From positions 1,344,001 through 1,408,000 of the forward strand of contig OZ252244.1 of the NCBI GenBank assembly GCA_965249575.1: 64,000 nucleotides of DNA, written 5' to 3'. This stretch comes from Gemmatimonadales bacterium. GTDB taxonomy: Bacteria; Gemmatimonadota; Gemmatimonadetes; Gemmatimonadales; GWC2-71-9. Positions 49,892-59,796 of this stretch are shown here, piece after piece. A program made the position numbers and the translations under genes. Position 1 is the first letter of the stretch; each line of letters opens with the position of its first letter. The notes under the pieces were generated by a model. It was not told where the DNA came from. It made no database searches and was given only the letters and a program-made list of their open reading frames with translations.

Positions 49892-50209
49892 TCAATTGGC
49901 TCCCCACCAGTTTTCGTAGCGACGTTTGAGGGCATTGGGCTTTGGTTGGGAGGCAACCGTGGCCGGAACGACCGGTCCAAGGGCGTTGTCCTCGACCCAA
50001 CCGAGCAGGGCTGCATCGAGATCGGGCGCGGACTGGCCGGGCTCGTAAGGGATGACCGGGCACCGTCGCCCCTCGACCATCAGGTACCACATGGCCGGAG
50101 TCAACGCCCGCCCACGTTTCGGATCGGCGGCGTGCCCTTCGTAGGAGACGAAGTGAAAGGCTCGGCCGCGGACGTTGAGGTGGCGCTGCTCGGGCTTGAA
50201 AGCGGGCAC
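49892..50209 (-). CDS. Hypothetical protein
   Basis: GGAGG RBS, GTG start; HFVSYEG...AMWYLM.EGRR.PV. Confidence 0.6.
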   Translation of the reverse strand: MPAFKPEQRHLNVRGRAFHFVSYEGHAADPKRGRALTPAMWYLMVEGRRCPVIPYEPGQSAPDLDAALLGWVEDNALGPVVPATVASQPKPNALKRRYENWWGAN

Positions 50210-50475
50210 GAAACCTCCGGACGTGGCAACGAAGAACCGGAGATGGCCGGGCGCCAGCAGCGGGACGTTGATACTTGTAGTTTAACACGGGCAACGGTTT
50301 TGCGCTGGCTGCTTCCCTTCCCTCCACAGGCGTCTATGCCCTCGGTCCACCGCTTCTTGCCGAGCGGCTCCCCGGAAGCTTGGTTTGGAGCAGTGGGCCT
50401 CGGGCCCACCAGCGCTTCGGTACCGCGCGCTTACGACGCCGGGCCGTTCACGAGTTCGTCCTCCAAGGAGGGACG

Positions 50476-51867
50476 ATGCTACCAGCAACTCGAATCGCCG
50501 GATTCTTACTCGCCCTCGTGTCGGTCCCGGCTGCAGCGCAGTTTCCCCCCGGGCAACAGGGCAGTCCCAACATGCACGTCCTCTCGCACCTGCCCGTCGG
50601 GTCGGACTACCGCCTCGGCGACCTCGACGTCGAGCAGGAGCTTGCGCGGCCGTACGCCTACCTCGCCATGCGGAAGGACTATGCCGGCTTCGCCGTGATC
50701 GATCTCGAGGACCTCACCAAGGCTTTCGTCCGCTATCACTGGAAGATCGAGTTCCCCGAGCTGCATCTGGGCGGGGGCGGCCAGGACGTCGAGTACTTCA
50801 AGACGCGCGGGCGGTACTACGTCGTGACCGCGATGCAGTTCCAGCAGGGCGGGCCGGATGTGAACCTCGGGGCCGTGGTGACGGACGTGACCAGCCTGCC
50901 CGACACCGCAGGTATCATGGAAGTGGGCCGCTTCCTTGTGCCGGACTCCCCCGGCGGGTTCCACAACGTATATCCGTACAAGCACTCGGACGGCCGGGTG
51001 CTGTTGTTCGCAACCTCGGGCGGCGGCGGGCGGATCTACGACCTCGACCGTTTCCTCGCGGGCGACCCCGATCAGGGATACGTCGGATTCGTCCCCGTGC
51101 CGGTGCCGTCTGACCAGGGACGTATGCGGACCCGGTATCACGATTTCTACGTCGCCTACGATCCGCCCACGCGGCGGGACATCTTCTACGGACCGGGGAG
51201 TGGCGGCTACTACGTGTTCGACGTGACCCGTCCGGAGGAGCCCCAGCTACTCACGTCCCTGACGAACATCCCGGGCGTGACGCACAACGGACACACGTTC
51301 ACCCCCACTCCCGACGGACGCTACATCGTGGCCGAAACCGAGTACCAGTATCAACCGCTCCGGATCTTTGACTTGAAGCCCGGTCTCGACGGCGAGGTCC
51401 AGAACATCTCGCGGCCCATCGGCGCGTGGCACGCGAACTGGCAGAACATCGCGCACAATCACGAGGTCCGCTGGCCATACGTGTTTGTCTCCGGGTGGGA
51501 GGACGGACTGTACGTCTTCAACATGATGGACCCTGCCAACCCGTACACCGTGGGCTACTACGACACCTTCGACGGCCCGCACGGCATGACGGGCGGCCGG
51601 GAGAACGTGTACGTCGTGCCCATGGGTGCGCCGTCGACCAACACGTATGCCGGCAACTGGGGCGTGATCTCGGGGACGTACGGAGTCGACGTCCGGAACG
51701 CCGACGGCCTCATCGTGGTGAGCGACATGACCACCGGCTTCTGGGCGATCAGGATGGACGGGTTCGACGGCTGGAACGGCCACCAGTGGGGGATGCCCAA
51801 CAACTCGAGTGCCCAGGATTGGGACAACGGGCCCGACGGGGCACCGAAGCGCGAGCGCGTGAGCTGA
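50476..51867 (+). CDS. Secreted His-rich beta-propeller, paralog 2
   Basis: AAGGAGG RBS; signal peptide; GGFHN, YHD, GHT, ETEY, HNHE; MDGFDGWNGHQWGMPN tail. Confidence 0.8.
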   Translation: MLPATRIAGFLLALVSVPAAAQFPPGQQGSPNMHVLSHLPVGSDYRLGDLDVEQELARPYAYLAMRKDYAGFAVIDLEDLTKAFVRYHWKIEFPELHLGGGGQDVEYFKTRGRYYVVTAMQFQQGGPDVNLGAVVTDVTSLPDTAGIMEVGRFLVPDSPGGFHNVYPYKHSDGRVLLFATSGGGGRIYDLDRFLAGDPDQGYVGFVPVPVPSDQGRMRTRYHDFYVAYDPPTRRDIFYGPGSGGYYVFDVTRPEEPQLLTSLTNIPGVTHNGHTFTPTPDGRYIVAETEYQYQPLRIFDLKPGLDGEVQNISRPIGAWHANWQNIAHNHEVRWPYVFVSGWEDGLYVFNMMDPANPYTVGYYDTFDGPHGMTGGRENVYVVPMGAPSTNTYAGNWGVISGTYGVDVRNADGLIVVSDMTTGFWAIRMDGFDGWNGHQWGMPNNSSAQDWDNGPDGAPKRERVS

Positions 51868-52020
51868 CGACGGACAGCTGAGGCACGTCAAGCGGGATGG
51901 AGCGACCAGTTCCGTCCGCCGGCAGGTGTGGAACCGCTAGGGCCGGGCGGTTGACAAGCCGCCAGACTCGGCACAACTACTGGTCGTAACTGAACCCGAT
52001 GTCGTGTCCGTTGCTCTGCA

Positions 52021-52182
52021 TCACCCGAGATACTGCCGCGCTATCCGGCGGCCAACATACACGCCACCCGCAGTTCCCACGATGCTGAGGACGAACGCGG
52101 TCATCACACCCACGAGGCTCCCGAGCCACCAACCCAACCACCCCCCCACGATGGCGCCGACAAGTGCCAAGAGTTTCGACAT
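52021..52182 (-). CDS. Small Gly-rich membrane protein (53 aa), absent from ORF track
   Basis: MSKLLALVGAIVGGWLGWWLGSLVGVMTAFVLSIVGTAGGVYVGRRIARQYLG*. Confidence 0.7.
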   Translation of the reverse strand: MSKLLALVGAIVGGWLGWWLGSLVGVMTAFVLSIVGTAGGVYVGRRIARQYLG

Positions 52183-52290
52183 ATCCTACAGTCGCGTTGC
52201 AGGAAACTCGAGTCGGGAGTAACTGTTACCCATATCCCGCCCTATCTCTTCCCTACTTCCTGACGGTTCATTCAGCCTCAAAGAAAGACC

Positions 52291-52356
52291 GGATCCGCGC
52301 CTCCTCACTTCAATAGACCTCCCAAACGCCCGGCGTGGCGAGTTCCAGGAGATGGC
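52291..52356. repeat. Direct repeat copy 1 (3' end of VOC gene)
   Basis: 60/66 nt identical to 55029-55094; first 39 nt identical. Confidence 0.9.
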
Positions 52357-52747
52357 CGTCCGGATCACGAAAGTATAGGCTGCGCCCTGCCCGCTCCCAA
52401 GCCACCTCGCTCAGCACCTCGACCCCTTTGCTCTCGAGGGAGGTCCGCCATCCGGCAAGCTCGTCCTCGGCTATTGCGAAAGCAATGTGTCCTGCACCCA
52501 GGGCCTCTCCTTGTCCGACGAGGCAGGGTGGGACGTCGCCCCCTGGGCTCTTGCTGGGCACGCGGGCTTTCTCATGGGATACGAGGAGGAGCAGCAGTTT
52601 CTCCCCCACCAAGAACCTGCCCACAACTTCGGTCTCGGTTTGGGTCTCCGTGCCCTTCAATCCCAGCACATTCTTGTAGAAGGCGCACGCCCTCGACACA
52701 TCTTTCACAAAGAGTGCTGTTTCTAACAGACCGTTCAGCTCCGGCAT
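52310..52747 (-). CDS. VOC/glyoxalase family protein
   Basis: LETALFV.D, HIAFAI, SLYFRDPDGHLLELATPG.W. Confidence 0.88.
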   Translation of the reverse strand: MPELNGLLETALFVKDVSRACAFYKNVLGLKGTETQTETEVVGRFLVGEKLLLLLVSHEKARVPSKSPGGDVPPCLVGQGEALGAGHIAFAIAEDELAGWRTSLESKGVEVLSEVAWERAGRSLYFRDPDGHLLELATPGVWEVY

Positions 52748-52833
52748 TGGCTCTACCCAATCCCTTCGAGCTTGGGTCCTACGGCGACTCTCCGGGGCAC
52801 AACCAGCTCGATTTGTGCGGGTCCGCGCTTCGG

Positions 52834-53300
52834 CTAGGCTCTCTTCTTCTCAAAGAGAATCCTAATAAAGTCGTGTCCTTGTCTTTCTCTTCTGCCGTGA
52901 TGATCCATCCATTCTTCAGGTAGAAATCGATTGCCTGCTGATTCCCCTTGAATGTCTCAAGGCGGATTGTGGAGCACCCTAGATCCCAAAGCTGGCGCTC
53001 CGAATGAGCGAGAAGCTGCGAGCCAAGCCCTCTACGATGTAGCGATACGTCAACCATCATGAGGTGTATCAGATCTTCGAAGTAGATGGTAAAGGCGGCT
53101 ATCTCCTCATCCTTCAGCAGTAGATCGCAATTCTCCATGTGTTTCTGGAGTTCCTTATCGGCTTCACCGCTATTGATGTACCAATCGACGCTTTCATCCC
53201 CAAGAAAGCCGCGATAGCACTGGTCGATGGTTCTCCTTGCGATCTGCTGCATTCTAGGCAGGTCACCTGGCCCTGCCTTGCAAATCTGAATCCCGTTCAT
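52834..53300 (-). CDS. GNAT acetyltransferase (lower GC, probable frameshift near 3' end)
   Basis: HRRGLGSQLL, LETF..NQQAIDFYLKNGW; alternate frame ends HDFIRILFEKKRA*. Confidence 0.8.
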
Positions 53301-53434
53301 ACGGCCTCAGTCATCGTCGCCGTAGCGAAGCAGCGCGTTCCCGAGCCCGGCCAGGTAGATCATTTCTCCGTCCGGGCTCTTCTTTTGCGTGGACCTGGCA
53401 TCTCAAGGGGCTCGCCGCCAGAGAGTCGGCGTCC

Positions 53435-54961
53435 TCACCGCGCACCGCTTGGCAACGCAAACACAAACACCACCGGCGCTCCCTCGTTGCTAAAGTTCCC
53501 CGACGCCTGGCCTGAAGTCGTGGCGATGTACTGACGCCCATCGACCGAGTAGGTGACGATCCCGCCACCAATGGGCCCTCCCGTGTTGAAGCGGTAGAGC
53601 TCGCCGCCGGTTCGTGCGTCGAACACGATGAGATCACCGTCGAGCGCGACCAGTGAATTGGTGTAGAGATTCGGGCCGGGTCGAAGATGCGCCGGGAAAT
53701 CGGGAGCCGGGTTGGTGACGGCGACGTAGAGTTCCTCGCGCTCCACGTCCAGCGCCAGGGGCGTCCAGACGGCCCCGCCGCCAAGCGGGATGCCTTCGGG
53801 GTTGGGCCATGCTTGCCCTCCTTCTTCGCTCGCGCCCAGTACGGTCTTGAACTTCCAGACCGGTTGGCCATCCTCTAATCGGAAGGCGCCCACCCAGCCC
53901 GAGATGTTGTTCTCGCTCCCGGCGGGGCCGATGAGCACGAGATCTTCGTAGATCATCGGCGGCATGGTGATCGTTTCACCCAACACCGGCTCGGCAACGT
54001 GGCTCGCCCAGAGGAGCCGGCCGTCCGTGGCGTCGAGTGCGAGGAGGTATCCGTCGGCGGTACCGCGAACGACGCGCCCGTCCTTGATCGCGACTCCTCG
54101 ATTGTTGGGCCACGGCTCTGCGTCGCGCGGCTCCCATTCGTGCCGCCAGAGGGCGCGACAAGTCGCCGCATCCAGTGCAGCCGTCAGGCGTGTCGTCGAG
54201 ACGTACATGACGCCGCGGTAGACGATGGGGCCGGCCTGAAACGTGTGGTCCCCACCTAGCTGGAAGGCGCAGACAGCGGTGAGCTGGTTCGCGTTCCCAC
54301 GACGAATCTGCTCCAGCTCGACGTAGCGGCGACCGCTGTAGTCATGGGTGTGATACAGCCAGTCCACCGCGTTCGTGTGGGCGGCGGTGAGCTCGCTCTG
54401 CGTAGGGCCGCTGCCGGACGCCTCCAGCCCGCGATCGCCCTTGATGAACCGGGGAGCCGGAGTCGAATCCGTCTCGGCGACCTGACCGTGAGCCTCCAAG
54501 CGGATGGCGGCCAGCACCTCCGCGTTGGCCGAGAGCGCTCGCTCCCCGACACGGTATCCATTTCGCTGCAGAACGTAGGCGAGGACGTCGATGTAGTCGT
54601 CTTCGGACAGTGCACCACGACCGTCCCGGGGCATCGTCGTGCGGAGAATGTAGAACAGATCATCCAACGACCGCTCCGCCCTCCCCCACACACGAACGAA
54701 ATCCGGTCCCTTGAGCGGAGGCGCCGTGCCGTCATCCATCTCCACGCCGTGGCATACCGCGCAACGCTCGCGATACAACGCGCGCCCGGCCGAAGCCTGG
54801 GCAGCCGTGAACAAGGCCTCGGTGCTGCGAGCGTCGGCCACTTGGGCTGGAGCAGGAAGCGGACCCGCGATCAGCAATACGGCTACCAGCGTCCACGCCC
54901 CGCGGAACGGACGGGTGGGAAGATGGCAAGACAGGGTCGGAACCGAGCGATCGTGCATCAT
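53435..54961 (-). pseudogene. Cytochrome c - PQQ alcohol dehydrogenase-like fusion with large in-frame internal deletion
   Basis: CAVCH, TMP; WLY...YSGRRY..L.QI, NRGVA, GGGAVW, NP.PD, NLYTNSLVALD joined directly to GDLIVFDARTG. Confidence 0.75.
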
Positions 54962-55028
54962 TCCTCCGAATGGAGCGGCTGCCGCAGCGCCTTGTTCGGA
55001 GGGGGCGCTGCCCTCAAAGCAGGACGGG

Positions 55029-55094
55029 GGATCCGCGCCTCCTCACTTCAATAGACCTCCCAAACGCACGGTGTGGCGACGTCTTGGAGATGGC
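55029..55094. repeat. Direct repeat copy 2 (decayed VOC 3' end)
   Basis: Minus strand reads HLQDVATPCVWEVY* versus HLLELATPGVWEVY*. Confidence 0.9.
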
Positions 55095-55353
55095 ACGCAC
55101 CCCAAACGATACGCCTGCGCACTTTTGCTAGATAGGAAAGAGGGGTGGTGCCACACCAATCACCGCCGACATCGGGGTTCCCTCATGTGGACCAGCTTCG
55201 GGACCAGCGGAAGTACGGGAAAATGCCACACGAAACGCCTGGAGGTATGGGAAAATACCGTATCGCCAGGAATTCCCTCGAATCCTTCGAGACGCGCTCT
55301 TCCCCCGGAAGAACTATGCTCGCAATGCGTTAGGGACTAATTTCAAATGCTAC

Positions 55354-55436
55354 GCGACCGTGGCGGAACTGGCAGACGCGCAGGATTTAGGATCCTGTGG
55401 GTAACCCCCGTGAGGGTTCGAATCCCTCCGGTCGCA
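55354..55436 (+). tRNA. tRNA-Leu (anticodon TAG), CCA not encoded
   Basis: Acceptor GCGACCG/CGGTCGC+A; D-loop TGGCAGAC; anticodon arm CAGGA-TTTAGGA-TCCTG; long variable arm; GGTTCGAATCC. Confidence 0.95.
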
Positions 55437-55590
55437 CTGGAGCAAGACGACCCCCGTTGTCCCGCCCGCCAATCCAAGCGCCATTCACCACTTACCACTC
55501 ACCGCCCCATACCCACTTGACGCCCAATTGACGCCACTCGGCCCAGCTTGGCCCGTCCCAGTACTGGCCCACTGTCTTCAGGAGGTTCTG

Positions 55591-56715
55591 ATGAAATCCG
55601 CTCTGCGAATCTTGCCCCTCGCCGCCGCGCTCGCCTTCGCTGCGTGCGACGAGGGATCGGTGCTCGAGCCCGATGGCGTCGACCCCAACCTGCGACGAGG
55701 CCCTGGCCCCGCGGCGCACGCGGTCTCGGTCATGACCTGGAACATGTACGTCGGCGCCGACGTCGACGCGGTCATCGCCGCGCTCCTGAGCCCGGACCCG
55801 AGCGACGACCAGCCGGCCCTGCTCGCGGCGATCGGGACGCTCCAGGAGACCGACGCGGCGGCCCGTATCAACGCGATCGCGCGCCGAATCGCGAGAACCA
55901 GGCCGCACGTCGTGGGCCTCCAAGAGGTCTCGGAGATCGACATCGATCTTACCGCGCTCGGTCTACCAGTGGTCATCGATCTCGATTTCGCGGCGCTCCT
56001 CCAGGCGTCACTCGCCGCACTGGGAGCCAATTATACGCTCGCCGCGTCCGTGCAAAACATCGACGTATCCCCATTCCCGGGCGTCCGCCTCGTCGACTAC
56101 GACGCCATGCTCGTGGATGCGAATCGCGTGCAGGTTTCCTCGGCGCACGGCCAAACGTTCGCGAACAACATCGGGGTAGTCGCGCCAGGCGTCGAGATCA
56201 AGCGCGGCTGGGTGTCGGTGGAAGGCACGGTCCACGGTCAGTCTTACACGTTCGTCAGCACACACCTCGAGTCCGGGCCTGGCGAACCGCTCTCGCTACT
56301 GCGCGCCGCGCAGGCCACCGAGATCGTGACGGCGATCGGCGATCGGGATCGGGCGGTCGTAATGGGTGACTTGAACGACGGGCCGGACTCTCCGATGCAC
56401 GGCGTGCTATCCGAGGCCGGCTTCGCCAACGCGTGGACTGCCTCTCGGCCCCATGCCCGTGGGCTTACCTGTTGCCACGACACGGACCTCTCGAACCGGC
56501 GGCCGATGTTCGACCAGCGGCTCGACTACGTGTTCGCTCGAGGGATCGGCAACCCGATCGCCCGACGTAGAGGTCGGATCGTTCGGCTTGGTATCCGGCC
56601 GTCGGAGCGAATCGAGGGACCGGTCCACCCGATCTGGCCGTCAGACCACGCGGGCCTGCTCGCGAGACTCTTCCCTTCCCGAGCTGACCTCCTGACCCGC
56701 GACGACCACGATTAA
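55591..56715 (+). CDS. Endonuclease/exonuclease/phosphatase family lipoprotein
   Basis: FAAC lipobox; MTWN, GLQEV, STHLE, GDLN, RLDYVF, PSDH. Confidence 0.88.
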   Translation: MKSALRILPLAAALAFAACDEGSVLEPDGVDPNLRRGPGPAAHAVSVMTWNMYVGADVDAVIAALLSPDPSDDQPALLAAIGTLQETDAAARINAIARRIARTRPHVVGLQEVSEIDIDLTALGLPVVIDLDFAALLQASLAALGANYTLAASVQNIDVSPFPGVRLVDYDAMLVDANRVQVSSAHGQTFANNIGVVAPGVEIKRGWVSVEGTVHGQSYTFVSTHLESGPGEPLSLLRAAQATEIVTAIGDRDRAVVMGDLNDGPDSPMHGVLSEAGFANAWTASRPHARGLTCCHDTDLSNRRPMFDQRLDYVFARGIGNPIARRRGRIVRLGIRPSERIEGPVHPIWPSDHAGLLARLFPSRADLLTRDDHD

Positions 56716-56803
56716 CTCGACAGCAGTAGGGGCGGCATGCTCTGCACGCACGCCGCCCCTACTCGAACACCCACTGACCCTCAGCTCCCACAACTCCTGC
56801 CGA

Positions 56804-56845
56804 CGACTCACTACTCACGACTCACCACTCGCCACTCACCACTCA
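56804..56845 (-). repeat. Degenerate heptamer array (TGAGTGG-like x6 on minus strand)
   Basis: cgactca ctactca cgactca ccactcg ccactca ccactca. Confidence 0.85.
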
Positions 56846-56852
56846 CCAATCT

Positions 56853-58343
56853 TCACCGCCACCTAGGCACCAAATCGTCCAAGCCATTGGTCGTGAGCTG
56901 GATGGGGGTACCGCCCGCGCTTTCCACGACGCAGACCTCCCGGCCGCCGCCCGACGGCCCACACATGTACGCGATTCGCTCCGCCGGCGTTTGCGGCCCG
57001 CCGAAGTCTTGCGCCGGCGACCAGGTGACGAAGAACTCAAACTCGGCGCCCGTGGTGAGCGGCGTCAGCCCGTTCCCATCTGGATCCATGAGATGGATGT
57101 CGGCCTGCTCGGTGGTATCCGCGACATCCACGATGAGACCGAACGCGACCTGGGTGCCGTCGTGCTTCCAGGAAATCCTGGGCTCCATGTCCTGCATGAG
57201 ATCGAAGTTCGTGATGCGAGTCAGACCGGACCCGTCCGGCGCCATGACATACATCTCGTCGAGCACTTCCATGGTGTCGCCGGTCATGACCTCGAAGAGG
57301 GATCGGTTGAACGCGAGGAGCATCCCGTCCGGGGACCAGCTCGGTAGCCGATCCACGAGCAGCGAGTCGGTCATGCGCGGGGCCTGGGAGAGGTTCATCT
57401 CCCCGGACCCATCAGCGTTCACGACGTAGATCTCCTGAAACGCGTCCTCGAACGTGATATAAGCGATTTTGCTCCCGTCCGGCGACCATGAGGGGAACCA
57501 CTCCGTGAACTGGCTGGTCGCGATCGCGATTACGTTGCTCCCGTCGGTGTCCATTAGAAGCAGATCCGGATCGCCCAACTCGTCACTGATGAACACGATC
57601 TTCAGGTAGTCCGGCGACCACGCAGCACGGAGTTGGTTGTCAGGGCGATCGTACTGCGTGAGCGTGCTCTTGTTGAGCGCCATGACGTACACGTCGAAAT
57701 CGCCGTCTCGGTTGCTGGTGAACAGTATCTCGGCGCGGCCCGCCCCCCACGTCGAGCCCGGTGCGCCGGTCTCCTCGATCCGATTCTCGACCCCGAGCCC
57801 GTTCGTCAGGTTGGTCTCGAACGTACCGTCCGATTCCACCACCCACAGATCGACGTTCCCACCCCATCGCTCGAAGAGGATCGGATCGCGATAGCACGTG
57901 ATGGTGAAGTCGACGTCCGAGGTTAGGTCGGCGGCCACCGCTATGATTCGGCCGGGCACCCTTTCCGGCACGCAGTTGCTCGCCTGACCTGTGAGCAAGA
58001 CGCCACGGTTCCCGGCGGCGACGTCGTCAAATGTGACGGAGCCGTTCAGATCGATTGCCTCGGGCGTTCCGCCATCGAGCGAGACCTCATAGCCGCTCGA
58101 ATCCACTTCCACGCCACGGGTCGTAACGCTCACGGTCACCGATCCGAATCCAACCGACCCCGGCGTCGGGCTCATGCCACCATCCCCGCAACCGGCCAAG
58201 AGCGCGACGCAGCCACCAGCAAGGACGACCCCCGCCCGATTGACGCGCCGGTGGCGTTGCCCTCTCGAGCACGCGTGCGTACGATCCAGCAGGTGCAAAA
58301 CACTCGCCGAATTGTCATAGGCCTGTGACATGGTGCCTCGCAA
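56853..58343 (-). CDS. TolB-like (PD40) propeller lipoprotein with N-terminal Ig-like domain (start uncertain)
   Basis: LAGC lipobox; GYEVSLDG...L.G.ASNC; WSPDG repeats. Confidence 0.8.
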   Translation of the reverse strand: MRGTMSQAYDNSASVLHLLDRTHACSRGQRHRRVNRAGVVLAGGCVALLAGCGDGGMSPTPGSVGFGSVTVSVTTRGVEVDSSGYEVSLDGGTPEAIDLNGSVTFDDVAAGNRGVLLTGQASNCVPERVPGRIIAVAADLTSDVDFTITCYRDPILFERWGGNVDLWVVESDGTFETNLTNGLGVENRIEETGAPGSTWGAGRAEILFTSNRDGDFDVYVMALNKSTLTQYDRPDNQLRAAWSPDYLKIVFISDELGDPDLLLMDTDGSNVIAIATSQFTEWFPSWSPDGSKIAYITFEDAFQEIYVVNADGSGEMNLSQAPRMTDSLLVDRLPSWSPDGMLLAFNRSLFEVMTGDTMEVLDEMYVMAPDGSGLTRITNFDLMQDMEPRISWKHDGTQVAFGLIVDVADTTEQADIHLMDPDGNGLTPLTTGAEFEFFVTWSPAQDFGGPQTPAERIAYMCGPSGGGREVCVVESAGGTPIQLTTNGLDDLVPRWR

Positions 58344-58425
58344 CCGCGGTATCGCCTGCCAACGATTTGCCGGCGAGCGGGGACGCGACTCACAGCTCGC
58401 CGACTTACCTGAGGAAGGAAACTAC

Positions 58426-59684
58426 TTGTTGCGACGGCTCCCCGCTTCACTGATCGTGCTGGGCCTCGCTGCCGGCTGCGGAGACGGCGACGCTCTGGGT
58501 CCAGCGGGTGAGCTGCCGCCGGAGCTCGTCGGAACCTGGACCGCAACGTTGTTTGAGTTCGCCGGAACCCCTCAGCTCATCGCCCCCGGCCAACGCGTCA
58601 CCCTGATCATAGAGGCGGGCGGCCTCTACCGAGTGGATGGGGTCGAAGACGGTGACCCCAGTCTTGGCCGGATTACCGTTGACGGAAGCCGGATTCAGTT
58701 CAGGGGTGGCGACCTCGAGGCGGTCGACGCGTTCACGCTGCGGCAGGCGGGCGGGCGGGCGCTCGTGGCGAATACCGGCAGCAACAGCGTTTCGACAATC
58801 GAGCCCGGCACGCTTCTCACGCTCGCTGGCCCGCAGGGCATTCGAGCGGTCCTCCAGCAAGACGCGGTAACCGCGGACATCCTCGGCCTCGGGACCCGCC
58901 CCGTGGGTATCATCGCGACGGCCGACGCGTCCCGGGCCTACGTCGCGAACGGATCGTCGAGCAACGTTTCGGTCTTCGACATCACAGCGGGCACCGTGAC
59001 CGACACAATTGAGATCGGGGACGGACCGAACGGCATGGCGCTCGGACCGGACGGCAGCTCGCTTTACGTCACCAACTTCATCTCGAACACCGTATCCGTC
59101 ATCGCGACGGCGACCGATTCGCTGGTGGGCACGATCGACGTGGGCGAGGAACCGGTTTGGGTGGCCGTGGCCCCGGACGGCGTGCTGGCGTATGTCACCA
59201 ACGCGCGGTCCGGAACCGTCTCTTCGATCGATATTGCCACCCTGACACAGGTCGATTCGGTTCTCGCTGGCATCCGACCGTTCGGCATCGTGCTGACCGC
59301 AGACGGCGCGGTCGCCTACGTAGCCGATATCTTTGCCGACGTGGTCCGGGCCTTTGAAACCGCCACGCTGACAATCACACAGCAGATCTCGGTCGGGGAC
59401 GGACCCGGAGTAATCGCGCTGTCACCGGATGGAGCGTTTCTCTACGCCGCGAACTTCAACTCCAACAACGTCACGGTCATCGAGACCACGAATCACACCG
59501 TAGTAGCGACCGTGCCGGTTGGCAGGTCCCCGACAGCGGTGGCATTCTCACCCGACGGCGCCTACGCCTTCGTCACGAACGGACGGTCGCGAAGCATGTC
59601 GATGATCGATACGGAATACCGAACCGTGTCGCCACCTACCGGGTCGGCAACGAACCGTTGGGTGTGGTGGTCGTGCCGGGATGA
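58426..59684 (+). CDS. YVTN/YncE-like beta-propeller lipoprotein (frameshift near 3' end)
   Basis: AAGC lipobox; YVAN, YVTN, FVTN repeats; alternate frame ends VGNEPLGVVVVPG*. Confidence 0.8.
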
Positions 59685-59796
59685 GTTCAGGATAGAACGA
59701 CGAGCGTAGGACCCGGCACACCGCTCCCTTTTCGACATTCGACATTCAATACTCCAGGTTCTACCTTCTCCCCAAGTCGCTCCTCCCTCTCAGCTG

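Noticed and set aside
37168..55337. Integron/attC array (half-site-like strings near 37170, 52797 and 55328)
   Set aside because: Only isolated GTTRRRY/RYYYAAC-like strings; I could not build complete paired attC hairpins and there is no intI. IntegronFinder would settle it
55354..55436. Prophage or integrative element at tRNA-Leu
   Set aside because: No integrase and no duplicated tRNA 3' end found in the window
2502..59684. Programmed frameshifting in iorA, PQQ dehydrogenase, TolB-like and hydrolase genes
   Set aside because: Several shifts fall in short G/C homopolymers across unrelated genes, which fits sequencing indels or decay; no slippery heptamer plus structure seen
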